IMG/VR virus record: IMGVR_UViG_3300045988_117858
Location: 16,865 to 80,864 of that record
Direction: 5' to 3' (one strand)
From: a virus
Length of the DNA stretch: 64,000 nucleotides
The notes beneath the pieces are model-generated. The model did no database searches, was not told the origin of the DNA, and was given only the letters and a program-made list of their open reading frames with translations. Both the position numbers and the translations under genes were made by a program. Below, piece after piece: positions 19,108 to 28,631 of the stretch (positions are counted from its first letter, which is position 1; each line of letters starts with the position of its first letter).

Positions 19108-19159
19108 AAAAATTAACTTTCTTTCTTGCACCTATTGACAGGGTGCAAACAGTATGGTA
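19108..19159 (+). promoter_or_regulatory. promoter/operator element copy 1: TTGCACC-tattgaca-GGTGCAA inverted repeat centred on -35 TTGACA, 17-nt spacer, TGgTATATT extended -10
   Basis: Near-consensus sigma-A promoter. 51 of 52 nt identical to 63747-63799. Confidence 0.5.
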
Positions 19160-19213
19160 TATTTAATTCATGAAAATAAAAAATGCAACTGGGGAAAGTT
19201 GAGGGACGTAAAA

Positions 19214-19663
19214 ATGAACGGATATACTAACAAAGAAAGAAAAGGAAACGATAACAGAAAAAGAAAAGAATATGTATATGGCAAATATCAAAATCCTCAA
19301 GTTTGGGGAATATATTTTGCAGATTTGCCGAAAATTGAAGGTAGTCACATCTTGCATGGAAAAAGACCAGTTATTGTATATTCTAATAATATTTGTAACA
19401 ATACGAGTACAGAGATTAACGTGTATCCAATTACAAAAAAATTAAGGAACTGGATACCGACACATGTAACCATTTATCCAAATACCAGTAATGGATTAAA
19501 AATGGTATCACAGGTGTATTTAGAGCAAGGAAGAACAATTCCAAAGAATAATCTTTTAGAGTATTGGGGAAGAATATCTGATCTATCTTTAATGTTAAAA
19601 ATAGGACATGGCATTTTAATACAAAACGGCATGTTATCGTACATGAATGCAATGGCATCCTAG
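19214..19663 (+). CDS. PemK/MazF-family endoribonuclease toxin-like protein with basic N-terminal extension
   Basis: VWGIYFADLPKIEGSHILHGKRPVIVYSNNICNNTSTEINVYPITKK...HVTIYPNTSNGLKMVSQVYLEQGRTIPKNNL aligns motif-by-motif with PemK/Kid (G-I-W, RPV-V, P-T, Q-RTI). GAGGGA RBS before ATG 19214, the upstream ATG 19154 lying inside the promoter. Confidence 0.65.
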   Translation: MNGYTNKERKGNDNRKRKEYVYGKYQNPQVWGIYFADLPKIEGSHILHGKRPVIVYSNNICNNTSTEINVYPITKKLRNWIPTHVTIYPNTSNGLKMVSQVYLEQGRTIPKNNLLEYWGRISDLSLMLKIGHGILIQNGMLSYMNAMAS

Positions 19664-19677
19664 AAATGGAGAATATT

Positions 19678-20694
19678 ATGAATAATAAAGAATTGATACA
19701 AAATTATATAGATTCTCACGTATCAGAATCACGTCGCCCAACATGGAATTGGTTATTAGATTCTGATATTGCGGACGACAATGAATCTGGGTTAACGTAT
19801 GCACCAGGTACAATCCAAGAGGCTATATTATCAGATACTAGAGGTAAAAAAACCAAAAGTATGAATTCTATTAAAAAAAGATATGACCAGCTCGTTAAAC
19901 TATATACTTATGCATATGAACAAAATTACATTAAATATAATCCATTTGTTAATGATAAATTTATAAACTTGCAATTAGCAGTTGATATATATTTTTCAAA
20001 TAGAGTTAATGTTAATTATGTTACACCAGATAAAATAAATGCGTTTATTTCGAATCTGATGTCGTGCAATGCATCAGCCGATACCAAATTGAATACTAGA
20101 TTTCACATTGTGAGTTTATATAATGGGATAAATGGAAAGGAGTTAAGAAATCTAAAATTCTCAGATATTAATCAAAATGATTTAACAATTTTTGGGAAAC
20201 CAGTCTCCAAAGATTTTATCGAGACATTGAATGAATATAAATTGAAAATGGGAGATACGAATATATATGATGATTTTGTATTAATACCACGAAAAAAATG
20301 TAATAATATAGAAGAATATCAAGCAGAGCAAAAGAGGATATATAATAATGTGCAGTCTCAATTAGAATTAACTGGTAACACTTTATCTTATGAAAAATTG
20401 ACAACCATTGATGTTATTAATTCTGGTTTTATACAATATTTAAAATCTAAAATGGATATCAAGGCAATTGCAGATTTATATTATATTAAATCAAAAGAAG
20501 GAATCGCACGATCTGTAATCGCACGTCAATTTAGTGATATTGCAATTGATTTTTATTATAATTATTATATATCATATAGAATAAAAAAGAAACAATTTAG
20601 CGATCGTCAAACGGTAATCGGTAAAAGTATTGGTTACCTATATAAAGACGAGGACTATAAGAATTATCGTGCACATCAAATAATGGCAGAATAA
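19678..20694 (+). CDS. hypothetical protein, possibly degenerate integrase-like (SAM-like N-domain)
   Basis: KRYDQLVKLYTYAYEQNYIKYNPF and GKELRNLKFSDI resemble integrase N-domain/box I, but catalytic residues are not recognisable. Confidence 0.45.
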   Translation: MNNKELIQNYIDSHVSESRRPTWNWLLDSDIADDNESGLTYAPGTIQEAILSDTRGKKTKSMNSIKKRYDQLVKLYTYAYEQNYIKYNPFVNDKFINLQLAVDIYFSNRVNVNYVTPDKINAFISNLMSCNASADTKLNTRFHIVSLYNGINGKELRNLKFSDINQNDLTIFGKPVSKDFIETLNEYKLKMGDTNIYDDFVLIPRKKCNNIEEYQAEQKRIYNNVQSQLELTGNTLSYEKLTTIDVINSGFIQYLKSKMDIKAIADLYYIKSKEGIARSVIARQFSDIAIDFYYNYYISYRIKKKQFSDRQTVIGKSIGYLYKDEDYKNYRAHQIMAE

Positions 20695-20708
20695 AGGAAG
20701 GTATATGT

Positions 20709-21074
20709 ATGGACAATCAAATATTAGAAATGTTAGCAGCGAATCAATCAAATCAAATGCATATTGATGTACTTGATTTACACTCATCAGAAATGTCATC
20801 GTGGTTTCTGAGCGAATATAAGATTCGAGCAGATGATAGAAAGATGAAGATCTATGGCAAAGATAAAGATCTTTCATATCATTGGATCGAATTTATTCAA
20901 GATGAGAATTTGTTCTCTCATATTAGGCAGGACGACATATTTGACATAATCAAATGCCTGCAATTTACATACAAAGAGAGATACAATGTTGGCATAAAAA
21001 TACAGACAATAAAAAAGAAAGCAGAAGCCTTTGGTAAAACTTCTACTTTCACACAAACTAAAAATTTCAACTAA
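20709..21074 (+). CDS. hypothetical protein (121 aa)
   Basis: AAGGAAGGT RBS. Confidence 0.5.
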   Translation: MDNQILEMLAANQSNQMHIDVLDLHSSEMSSWFLSEYKIRADDRKMKIYGKDKDLSYHWIEFIQDENLFSHIRQDDIFDIIKCLQFTYKERYNVGIKIQTIKKKAEAFGKTSTFTQTKNFN

Positions 21075-21152
21075 ACAAATCATAGATAACAAAAAAAGAT
21101 TTTTTGAATCTACCGTGTTGGCAGCACGATAGAAAATCGAATTTGATATTTA

Positions 21153-21205
21153 GAATTGTTTAATCTGAAAGGATAATAATATCCTTAAAATCATTATAAC
21201 AATTC
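21153..21205. promoter_or_regulatory. nested inverted repeats GAATTGTT...AGGATA-ataa-TATCCT...AACAATTC
   Basis: Outer 8-bp and inner 6-bp arms are reverse complements; upstream of gene 21267. Confidence 0.3.
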
Positions 21206-21266
21206 TAAACATGTTCGTCAACATGAAATTTTTTCCAAAAAATACAACTAAATATAGGAGTGATGT

Positions 21267-21917
21267 ATGAAATACATAATTACGAATGAAGAGTTCTATG
21301 TGAAAAGAGATCATGCAAGAAATAAATACGTTCGTGATAATCGTAAGTCTGAAGCTACTCAGTTTACCTCCAAGCAAGCAAAGCACATTTTAGGTTTGAA
21401 GCATAAATATACGTGGATGAAAGACGGATTTTATGCCCGAGAAATTGAGCTAGGTAAAGTTGGAAAACCCATGGAATCTAGCGAAATAATGCGAAAAGGT
21501 AATGGAAATTGCTTTATGGACTGGGAATGTGATAATACATTGATCGACAACATAGAGACTGAGGAAAGAGCTATAGTAGGGCTTTTAGCATATGACTCAG
21601 ATCAATTAGGAGAAAAGAAGTTTGAATTAGAGCAGGCGTTATCATATGCCGACTCTGCCAGAAGTGATATTCTTCATGCGATTGAGTTTAAAAAGATTGA
21701 TGCTGCGAAACGTGCAGTGATTGTTGGGTATCTTAAAACCTTACAAGAATTACACAGAAAGATCAAGAATTGTATTCGATACATAGAAGTGATGCAAAAT
21801 TGCATGGATAATCAGAAAGACATATGTACTTTGAAGAAAGAATTAAAAGATGCAGAGCATAAACCTTATGTCGGTAGAACAAAGTATTATGAGCTGATCC
21901 AGAATATAATCGGGTAG
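21267..21917 (+). CDS. hypothetical protein (216 aa)
   Basis: ATAGGAGTG RBS. Confidence 0.55.
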   Translation: MKYIITNEEFYVKRDHARNKYVRDNRKSEATQFTSKQAKHILGLKHKYTWMKDGFYAREIELGKVGKPMESSEIMRKGNGNCFMDWECDNTLIDNIETEERAIVGLLAYDSDQLGEKKFELEQALSYADSARSDILHAIEFKKIDAAKRAVIVGYLKTLQELHRKIKNCIRYIEVMQNCMDNQKDICTLKKELKDAEHKPYVGRTKYYELIQNIIG

Positions 21918-22000
21918 AGTTTCTTCCTTATTATATATGATGACTCGCACAGGCATTTGTGCAAAATTAAAATGTAAAATTATAACTTAGGAGGTATTTA

Positions 22001-22831
22001 ATGACAGAAGAAAAGAATATGGTAAATGAAGGATTAAACACATTGGTGTTTAATAATGATGAATTTGGGAATATCAGAACGGTAATCTTAAATAATAACC
22101 CGTGGTTCGTAGGGAAAGATGTAGCTGAGTGTCTTGGTTATACAAATTCGAAGAAAGCAATTCGAGATCATGTTGACGATGAAGATAAAATTATGGGGGA
22201 ACGAAACGTTACCCCATCTATAACAGACAAATTAGGGAGAGTTCAATACCCAGTGTTTATTAATGAGTCAGGACTTTATGCATTAATCTTTGGAAGTAAG
22301 CTTGATAAGGCAAAAGAATTCAAGCATTGGGTAACATCAGAAGTTCTTCCGCAGATTCGTAAGACAGGCGGATATATTCCAATTGAAAAAGACGATGATG
22401 ATTTAACTATCATGGCGAAAGCATTGAATATTATGCAAAACACTTTGGAACAAAAGGATGAACTATTAGCCCAGAAAGAAGAAGTTATCAGTAAACAGAA
22501 GCCACTTGTTGATTTTGCCAATACGGTCAGTGCCACACCAACAATGGTTGATATGAAAACAATGGCAAAGCTTCTTGAGAAAGAAAATCAAGATATTCAT
22601 ATGGGCAGAAACAAATTATTTGCGTGGTTAAGAAAAGAAGGGTATCTCATGTCAGATAATACCCCATATGAAAGATATGTTAAGCAGGGCATTTTCAAAT
22701 TAACAGAAAGTGAAGTTGAAACTAAGAATGGAAACAAGTTGATCACCAAAACATATGTGACTGGCAAATGGCAATTATACTTGGCAAAGAAATTAGCACA
22801 ATACTTTGCCTCACAGAGTGCATCAGCTTAG
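22001..22831 (+). CDS. phage antirepressor, Bro-N N-terminal domain + KilAC-like C-terminal domain
   Basis: FNNDEFGNIRTVILNNNPWFVGKDVAECLGYTNSKKAIRDHVDDEDK...GLYALIFGSKLDKAKEFKHWVTSEVLPQIRKTGGY is a textbook Bro-N signature; AGGAGGT RBS. Confidence 0.8.
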   Translation: MTEEKNMVNEGLNTLVFNNDEFGNIRTVILNNNPWFVGKDVAECLGYTNSKKAIRDHVDDEDKIMGERNVTPSITDKLGRVQYPVFINESGLYALIFGSKLDKAKEFKHWVTSEVLPQIRKTGGYIPIEKDDDDLTIMAKALNIMQNTLEQKDELLAQKEEVISKQKPLVDFANTVSATPTMVDMKTMAKLLEKENQDIHMGRNKLFAWLRKEGYLMSDNTPYERYVKQGIFKLTESEVETKNGNKLITKTYVTGKWQLYLAKKLAQYFASQSASA

Positions 22832-22845
22832 AGAGGAGACAAAGA

Positions 22846-24171
22846 ATGGACGAAAATAAAACGGGCGTTTGGATACGGACTAAAAATGGACAAGAACTTA
22901 AATATAATTCACGTATGATGAAATTATTTGATGTAGGAGATATTGTCGAAGTAGATAATGATGATGTATATGCAAAATTTAAAATTGAGATTGTTGAATT
23001 AAAAAATGCTTCACGAATTGTTGCTACTTACACAATAAAACCTCAAGGTAAGATTATTAGAACAACACATCCTTGGCGATATGTTGCACTTCATGATGCT
23101 GAATCAATCGAAATGGATGTGTACATCAATGATAAGATATTGGTTATTGTTCCACCATGGTATAAAAAAGAACAGTATAGAAATCAGTGCATACGATCAA
23201 CAGAAGCGAGCATTACTATAACAAGAAAGGAATCAGTAAGAACAATGAATGAGGATCTTGAGATTCATACAGGTACGATTTTAGCTGACGAAATAAAAAT
23301 TGGAACATTAGCCCCACCACCACTTTCAGAAAGAAGAGTGTCTGTTCTGCTACACTATCAGCAAAAACCAATTACCGCAACGTCAGAAGCAGAAAAGAAT
23401 TGGTGGAAAGAATGTTGTGGAGGATCCGAAACTGAACGTGGATTACGAGCAGACGCACCAACACTTGATGATTGGAATGGTGAAATGAGTGCAACTTTAA
23501 CATTTGCGTCAGAAAAATTGGATGAAATCATGAGTGAACTTACAGGAAACGAAGAGGAGAAAGATATGAATATAAAAAATCTAAAAGAAATGATTAAGAG
23601 ACCGATTTATGTTGATAAAGAAATTACAGTAAAAGAACCAATGTTAGACAATAACGGTAAACAGATTGAAAAAGATGGCGAACCAGTGTTTAAAGTAAAA
23701 CATTATCATGGAATGGTTAAAATCTTATGGACTTCTGGAGCGGAAACTGTTGCGTATGTAGAAGGAAATGATGTGTATGACAGAGAAAATGGCTTCAAAA
23801 CCTGTGTATTAAAATACCTTTGCGGCAACGCAGGGGCTTATGATGCAGTTGATTTCTGGACAAACAAATATGTGAAATATCCAAGCAGCTGTATTGAAGT
23901 GACAGAAAACTTATGTAAATTGGAAAAGATTCTGGAGAAAGATAAGTATAGAAAAGATGATCAGAAAGGTTTACCTCATGCGAAGTTCTTAAGAAGAATA
24001 GGTTTGCTTTCAGGTGGTTCTGTTGCTGGTAAACTGATTTACAAAAACTGTGATATGAAGTATGTTAATGAATTCAAAAAACTTGCCAAGAAATATTTTC
24101 CAGAACTTCAGGGTAAAGAAATTTATGTGAATGGTAACAAGAACGATGAAATTTTTGTAGCAATTAAATAA
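22846..24171 (+). CDS. hypothetical protein (441 aa)
   Basis: GAGAGGAGA RBS precedes internal ATG 22846; upstream extension in the ORF track overlaps the previous gene. Confidence 0.55.
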   Translation: MDENKTGVWIRTKNGQELKYNSRMMKLFDVGDIVEVDNDDVYAKFKIEIVELKNASRIVATYTIKPQGKIIRTTHPWRYVALHDAESIEMDVYINDKILVIVPPWYKKEQYRNQCIRSTEASITITRKESVRTMNEDLEIHTGTILADEIKIGTLAPPPLSERRVSVLLHYQQKPITATSEAEKNWWKECCGGSETERGLRADAPTLDDWNGEMSATLTFASEKLDEIMSELTGNEEEKDMNIKNLKEMIKRPIYVDKEITVKEPMLDNNGKQIEKDGEPVFKVKHYHGMVKILWTSGAETVAYVEGNDVYDRENGFKTCVLKYLCGNAGAYDAVDFWTNKYVKYPSSCIEVTENLCKLEKILEKDKYRKDDQKGLPHAKFLRRIGLLSGGSVAGKLIYKNCDMKYVNEFKKLAKKYFPELQGKEIYVNGNKNDEIFVAIK

Positions 24172-24192
24172 TACATAAAAAGGAGATAAAGT

Positions 24193-26262
24193 ATGTGTAC
24201 ACCAATGAATGAAAGCTGGAGTAACTTTTTAAGCAAATTGTCAGAGCGTTTAAATAAAATGCTCGACTATGTAGAGAAAAACAATTCTACATTGTATGAA
24301 ACCGATATTGATAAGGATGAACTTTGGGAAGTATATCTGAGTAGTTTCCCTGAAGGAACTAACAAAATGTATCGCAAGCGAAGAGAATATGACTGTGGTC
24401 ATTGTCGAAACTTTATTAAAACAATCGGTGGAGCTGTGACAATTGTTGACGGTAAGATTCATACGATCTGGGAGATCGACACTGATGATGTCGTATTTCA
24501 GCCAGTAGTTGATGCTTTACGAACATATGTAGAATCAAAGCCAATCAAAGATATTTGGAGACATTTTACAAATACAGTTGGAGTAAAAAGTACAAATGAG
24601 TATACAGAAGATAAGCAGATTATCAAATGGACTCATATGTATACACCGATTCCAGAGAGATTACTAGAAAGAAAATCCGATATTCCTACAGCAAAAGCAA
24701 AAGTTAGAGATCGAAAGAGCGTGTTCAAAAGATCGCTTGATGAAATCACAGAAGAAGCTGTTGATACGGTATTAGAACTGATCGCTTCAAATACTCTTTA
24801 TAGAGGACAGGAATGGGAAAGAATCTTAAAGGACTTTAGAAAATATCAGCGAGAATACAATAGTTTATCCGATGAAGAGAAAGATACATACACATGGGCA
24901 AAAGCCATGACGATCGGAGATGTAATTGGTCGTATTAGAAACCATAGTATTGGTACATTGCTTGTAAATATCAGTGAGGATATGGACATAGATAATGCGG
25001 TTAAGGCTTATGAAAATGTTGTAGCTCCTGCGAATTACAAACGACCAAAGGCAATTTTTACAAAGAAAATGCTTGAGGATGCAAAGAAAACTGTGACTGA
25101 TTTAGGATATATGGATTCATTACAGCGTAGATTTGCGAAACTTGATGATATTACAGTCAACAATATCCTGTTTTGTAATCGTGATGCAGCACCACGTATT
25201 CAGGGCGGTTTAGATATTTTCGATGAGATGAGTAAGGAAGTTGCTGTAAATCCTAAGAAGTTCTCTAAAGTCGAAGAAATCAGTGCAGAGAAATTCGTAT
25301 CAGATGTACTTCCAACGGCAAAAGAATTAGAAGTTCTGTTTGAAAATCGTCACAAGAAGAATATGGTTTCACTGATCGCACCTGTAAATAAAGATGCTAA
25401 GAACATGATGAAGTGGAGTAATCCTTTCAGCTGGGCATATTCAGGAAATATGACAGACAGTGAAATGAAAGAAAGAGTTAAGAACGCAGGTGGTGCAGTT
25501 GATGGAGTTTTAAGATTCTCAATTCAGTGGAATGCAAATACAGATTGGAATCAGGATGATTTTGATGCACATTGCAGAACTCCACGTCATCATATCTATT
25601 ATGCTTCAATGCATGATTATGCAACTGGTGGAAGCCTTGATGTTGATGTAACTCATCCACATAGAGGAGAGCCTGCCGTAGAAAATATTACATGGGCAGA
25701 TAAATCCAAAATGGTTGACGGAGAATATGAATTTTTCGTAAGAAATTTTGCTCATAGAAATGGAGTTTCTGGATTTACAGCAGAGATTGAATTTGATGGA
25801 CAGATTTATGAATTTGAATATGATAAGCCTTTACGTCAGAACGAAGATGTTCCAGTGGCTACAGTTACATTAAAAGATGGAGTATTCACAATCAAAGAGA
25901 AACTTCCATCAACAACATCTTCAAGAGAAATCTGGGGAATCAATACAAATCAGTTTGTGCCAGTAACAGTAATGTGTTATTCACCTAACTATTGGGACGA
26001 GCAGACAGGTATTGGACATAAACATTATCTGTTTATGTTAAACGGATGTGTAAATGAAGATACTCCAAATGGATTCTTCAATGAGTTTTTGAAGCAGGAA
26101 TTAGTACAGCACAAGAGAGTATTCGAGGCTTTAGGAAACAAAATGCATGTCGCAGATGATCCAAACCAGTTATCAGGAATTGGCTTCAGCTCTACAAAGC
26201 GAGATGATGTGATTGTTAAAGTCAAGGGTGCAACAGAAAGAGTTCTTAAAATTAAATTTTAA
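24193..26262 (+). CDS. large hypothetical protein (689 aa)
   Basis: AAAAGGAGA RBS; long clean ORF; no recognisable motif. Confidence 0.6.
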   Translation: MCTPMNESWSNFLSKLSERLNKMLDYVEKNNSTLYETDIDKDELWEVYLSSFPEGTNKMYRKRREYDCGHCRNFIKTIGGAVTIVDGKIHTIWEIDTDDVVFQPVVDALRTYVESKPIKDIWRHFTNTVGVKSTNEYTEDKQIIKWTHMYTPIPERLLERKSDIPTAKAKVRDRKSVFKRSLDEITEEAVDTVLELIASNTLYRGQEWERILKDFRKYQREYNSLSDEEKDTYTWAKAMTIGDVIGRIRNHSIGTLLVNISEDMDIDNAVKAYENVVAPANYKRPKAIFTKKMLEDAKKTVTDLGYMDSLQRRFAKLDDITVNNILFCNRDAAPRIQGGLDIFDEMSKEVAVNPKKFSKVEEISAEKFVSDVLPTAKELEVLFENRHKKNMVSLIAPVNKDAKNMMKWSNPFSWAYSGNMTDSEMKERVKNAGGAVDGVLRFSIQWNANTDWNQDDFDAHCRTPRHHIYYASMHDYATGGSLDVDVTHPHRGEPAVENITWADKSKMVDGEYEFFVRNFAHRNGVSGFTAEIEFDGQIYEFEYDKPLRQNEDVPVATVTLKDGVFTIKEKLPSTTSSREIWGINTNQFVPVTVMCYSPNYWDEQTGIGHKHYLFMLNGCVNEDTPNGFFNEFLKQELVQHKRVFEALGNKMHVADDPNQLSGIGFSSTKRDDVIVKVKGATERVLKIKF

Positions 26263-26282
26263 CATAAAAAGGAGATTAAATT

Positions 26283-26672
26283 ATGACAACAGAAAAGTTA
26301 TTCGAAATGGCAACAAGAAGCAAATTGAGATTCCCATCAACAAAGGGAGAATTATCCGTAGAAGATTTATGGGATTTATCTGATAAAGATTTAGACGTGG
26401 TTTATAAAAATCTGAAAGATCAGGAAGTTAAATCTTCAGAAGAAAGTCTGTTGGATGATGCAAATGTTGATCCAAAATTAACGGCTGCGATTGGTATTGT
26501 GAAGTATATCTTTACAACAAAACGTAATGAGAGACTTGCTGAAAAGGAACGTATTAATAAGAAACTGACACAGAGAAAATATATTGATGCTCTTTCCAAG
26601 AAACAGGATGAGGCTATTGAGAAGATGTCAGAAGCAGAATTACGTGCAATGATTGATTCGTTAGAAGATTAA
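26283..26672 (+). CDS. hypothetical protein (129 aa)
   Basis: AAAAGGAGA RBS. Confidence 0.55.
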   Translation: MTTEKLFEMATRSKLRFPSTKGELSVEDLWDLSDKDLDVVYKNLKDQEVKSSEESLLDDANVDPKLTAAIGIVKYIFTTKRNERLAEKERINKKLTQRKYIDALSKKQDEAIEKMSEAELRAMIDSLED

Positions 26673-26729
26673 GATAATACACCTTCCCGTCAAATTTGAC
26701 GGGTGGGTGCTTAAAGAAAGGAGACTGGA

Positions 26730-27197
26730 ATGATTTATAAATTAGAATTAGGCGACTGGTCGGAAGATGGGCATAAAATATCAGAAAGTTTTTTATTTGA
26801 TTGTAACTATGATATTCATAAAATTCGACAAGCGTATAAAGACAGTTGTAAAAAGCTAGGAGTAGCTTTTAATTACAATGAAGATTATACGGGTCTAGGT
26901 CTTGGTTATAGAAGTGAGAGACTGATTTGGACAGAGTATCAAGAATCAGAAATGAGCGAAACAGCATTTGAAATTTTAAATAATTCTGGGTGTTTTAAAG
27001 AGGTTGATTTCTATAAAGAAGATGGCGTGTATTATATTGAAGAAAGGAAAGATTGTGCAAAACTTATTATGAATTTTATCGCACTGTCTATGCCTGAAGA
27101 TTTTCGATATAAGCTTGTCCAAGAGCCAAAAGTTGAATCGATTAATAGTTGGAATGATGAACTGAGACAGCACTTTGGGTATGGATTATTTGATTAA
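26730..27197 (+). CDS. hypothetical protein (155 aa)
   Basis: AAAGGAGA RBS. Confidence 0.55.
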   Translation: MIYKLELGDWSEDGHKISESFLFDCNYDIHKIRQAYKDSCKKLGVAFNYNEDYTGLGLGYRSERLIWTEYQESEMSETAFEILNNSGCFKEVDFYKEDGVYYIEERKDCAKLIMNFIALSMPEDFRYKLVQEPKVESINSWNDELRQHFGYGLFD

Positions 27198-27228
27198 TAA
27201 AACAGTAATTTAATGGAAGGAGAAATTT

Positions 27229-27780
27229 ATGAAAATATTAATTGTCGTCGATATGCAGAATGACTTCATCGACGGAAGCCTTGGAACCAAAGAAGCACAG
27301 GAGATCGTTCCAAAAGTTGTTGAGAAGATAAATTCGTTCGATGGGCGTCTTATTACAACATATGATACTCATTTTGAAGATTATCTATCAACACAGGAAG
27401 GTAAAAAATTACCAGTAGAACATTGTCTTCTTGGTACCAATGGGTGGCAGCTCCATCCAGACGTACAACAAGCTTTGCAGACAAATGGATGGGAATATAA
27501 TGGTTTGAATGACTATCATAAAATGTCTTTTGGGTCTACCGACTTGTTTTTTGATTATTGTTTATTACACAAAGAGCAAAAAGAAATAATTAAAAGTATT
27601 ACATTAATCGGTCTTTGTACAGATATTTGTGTAATTTCAAACGCAATGTTATTAAAAGCAGCGTTACCAGAAGCAAAGATTATCGTAGATGCTTCCTGCT
27701 GTGCTGGTGTAACTCCAGAGAGCCACAAGAACGCACTCGAAGCAATGAAAATGTGTCAAATTGAAGTAATTAATGAATAA
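27229..27780 (+). CDS. pncA: nicotinamidase (isochorismatase-family cysteine hydrolase, PncA-like)
   Basis: ILIVVDMQNDF; TYDTHFEDY...LPVEHCLLGTNGWQLHP (PncA metal-site D/H/H pattern); catalytic Cys in LIGLCTDICV. Confidence 0.8.
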   Translation: MKILIVVDMQNDFIDGSLGTKEAQEIVPKVVEKINSFDGRLITTYDTHFEDYLSTQEGKKLPVEHCLLGTNGWQLHPDVQQALQTNGWEYNGLNDYHKMSFGSTDLFFDYCLLHKEQKEIIKSITLIGLCTDICVISNAMLLKAALPEAKIIVDASCCAGVTPESHKNALEAMKMCQIEVINE

Positions 27781-27794
27781 AGGGGTAATAAAGA

Positions 27795-28631
27795 ATGATT
27801 AGTATTAATGGAGTCCCAGTTGTTCCAGAATCTTTTCCAGATGGAACGCAAAAAATTGATTTTTCGTTAGGTGTGATATCTCAAGAAATCATAGAAAACA
27901 AGACAGTGTATATCACATGGTTATATGAGTCAGATCAAGAGTTGTTTTCTTTGTTGTGTATTTCTAAAAATATTAAAGAACATTTTCCGTGGTTACAACA
28001 AGCATTAGTGATGCCGTATATACCAAATGCAAGATTTGACAGAGTAAAAGAGCCAAGCGAATGCTTTACATTAAAATATTTTGCAGAAATTATTAATAGT
28101 CTGGGATTTGTACGAGTTATTGTAACTGATCCACATTCCGATGTATCTACTGCATTGATTGATCATGTAGAAGTAATTCGTGGAGCATCATATATCACAC
28201 AAACTTGCTGCAAAGTCCTTAAAGCAGAGTCATCAAGAAATCTTGTAATTTATTTTCCAGATAGCGGATCACTAAAAAGATATTCTGAATTTGTATCAGA
28301 TGATTATCCGATTGTCTATGGAATTAAAAATCGTGATTGGAAGACAGGAGAAATTCTTGGTATTGAGATTCATGGAGATACAGATAAATTAGATGAGAAT
28401 ACAGCAATTCTAATGATTGATGATATTTGTAGTAAGGGTGGCACATTCTATTATGGATCAAAAGAATTAAACAAATACGGTTGTAAAGATATGTATTTAT
28501 ACGTTAGTCACTGTGAAAATACAATTCTTGATGGCGAATTATTAAAAGAAGATAGTTTGTTTAAAAAAGTGTATACGACACGTAGTATTTTTACAAAAGA
28601 ACATGAGAAAGTTGAGGTGTTAGATTTATGA
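27795..28631 (+). CDS. divergent ribose-phosphate pyrophosphokinase (Prs) homolog, candidate ADP-ribose pyrophosphokinase (Adps-like)
   Basis: MPYIPNARFDR in place of the Prs signature IPYFGYARQDR; VIVTDPHSD (Prs DLHA region); PRPP-binding-loop-like AILMIDDICSKGGT; stop overlaps next start (ATGA). Confidence 0.65.
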   Translation: MISINGVPVVPESFPDGTQKIDFSLGVISQEIIENKTVYITWLYESDQELFSLLCISKNIKEHFPWLQQALVMPYIPNARFDRVKEPSECFTLKYFAEIINSLGFVRVIVTDPHSDVSTALIDHVEVIRGASYITQTCCKVLKAESSRNLVIYFPDSGSLKRYSEFVSDDYPIVYGIKNRDWKTGEILGIEIHGDTDKLDENTAILMIDDICSKGGTFYYGSKELNKYGCKDMYLYVSHCENTILDGELLKEDSLFKKVYTTRSIFTKEHEKVEVLDL

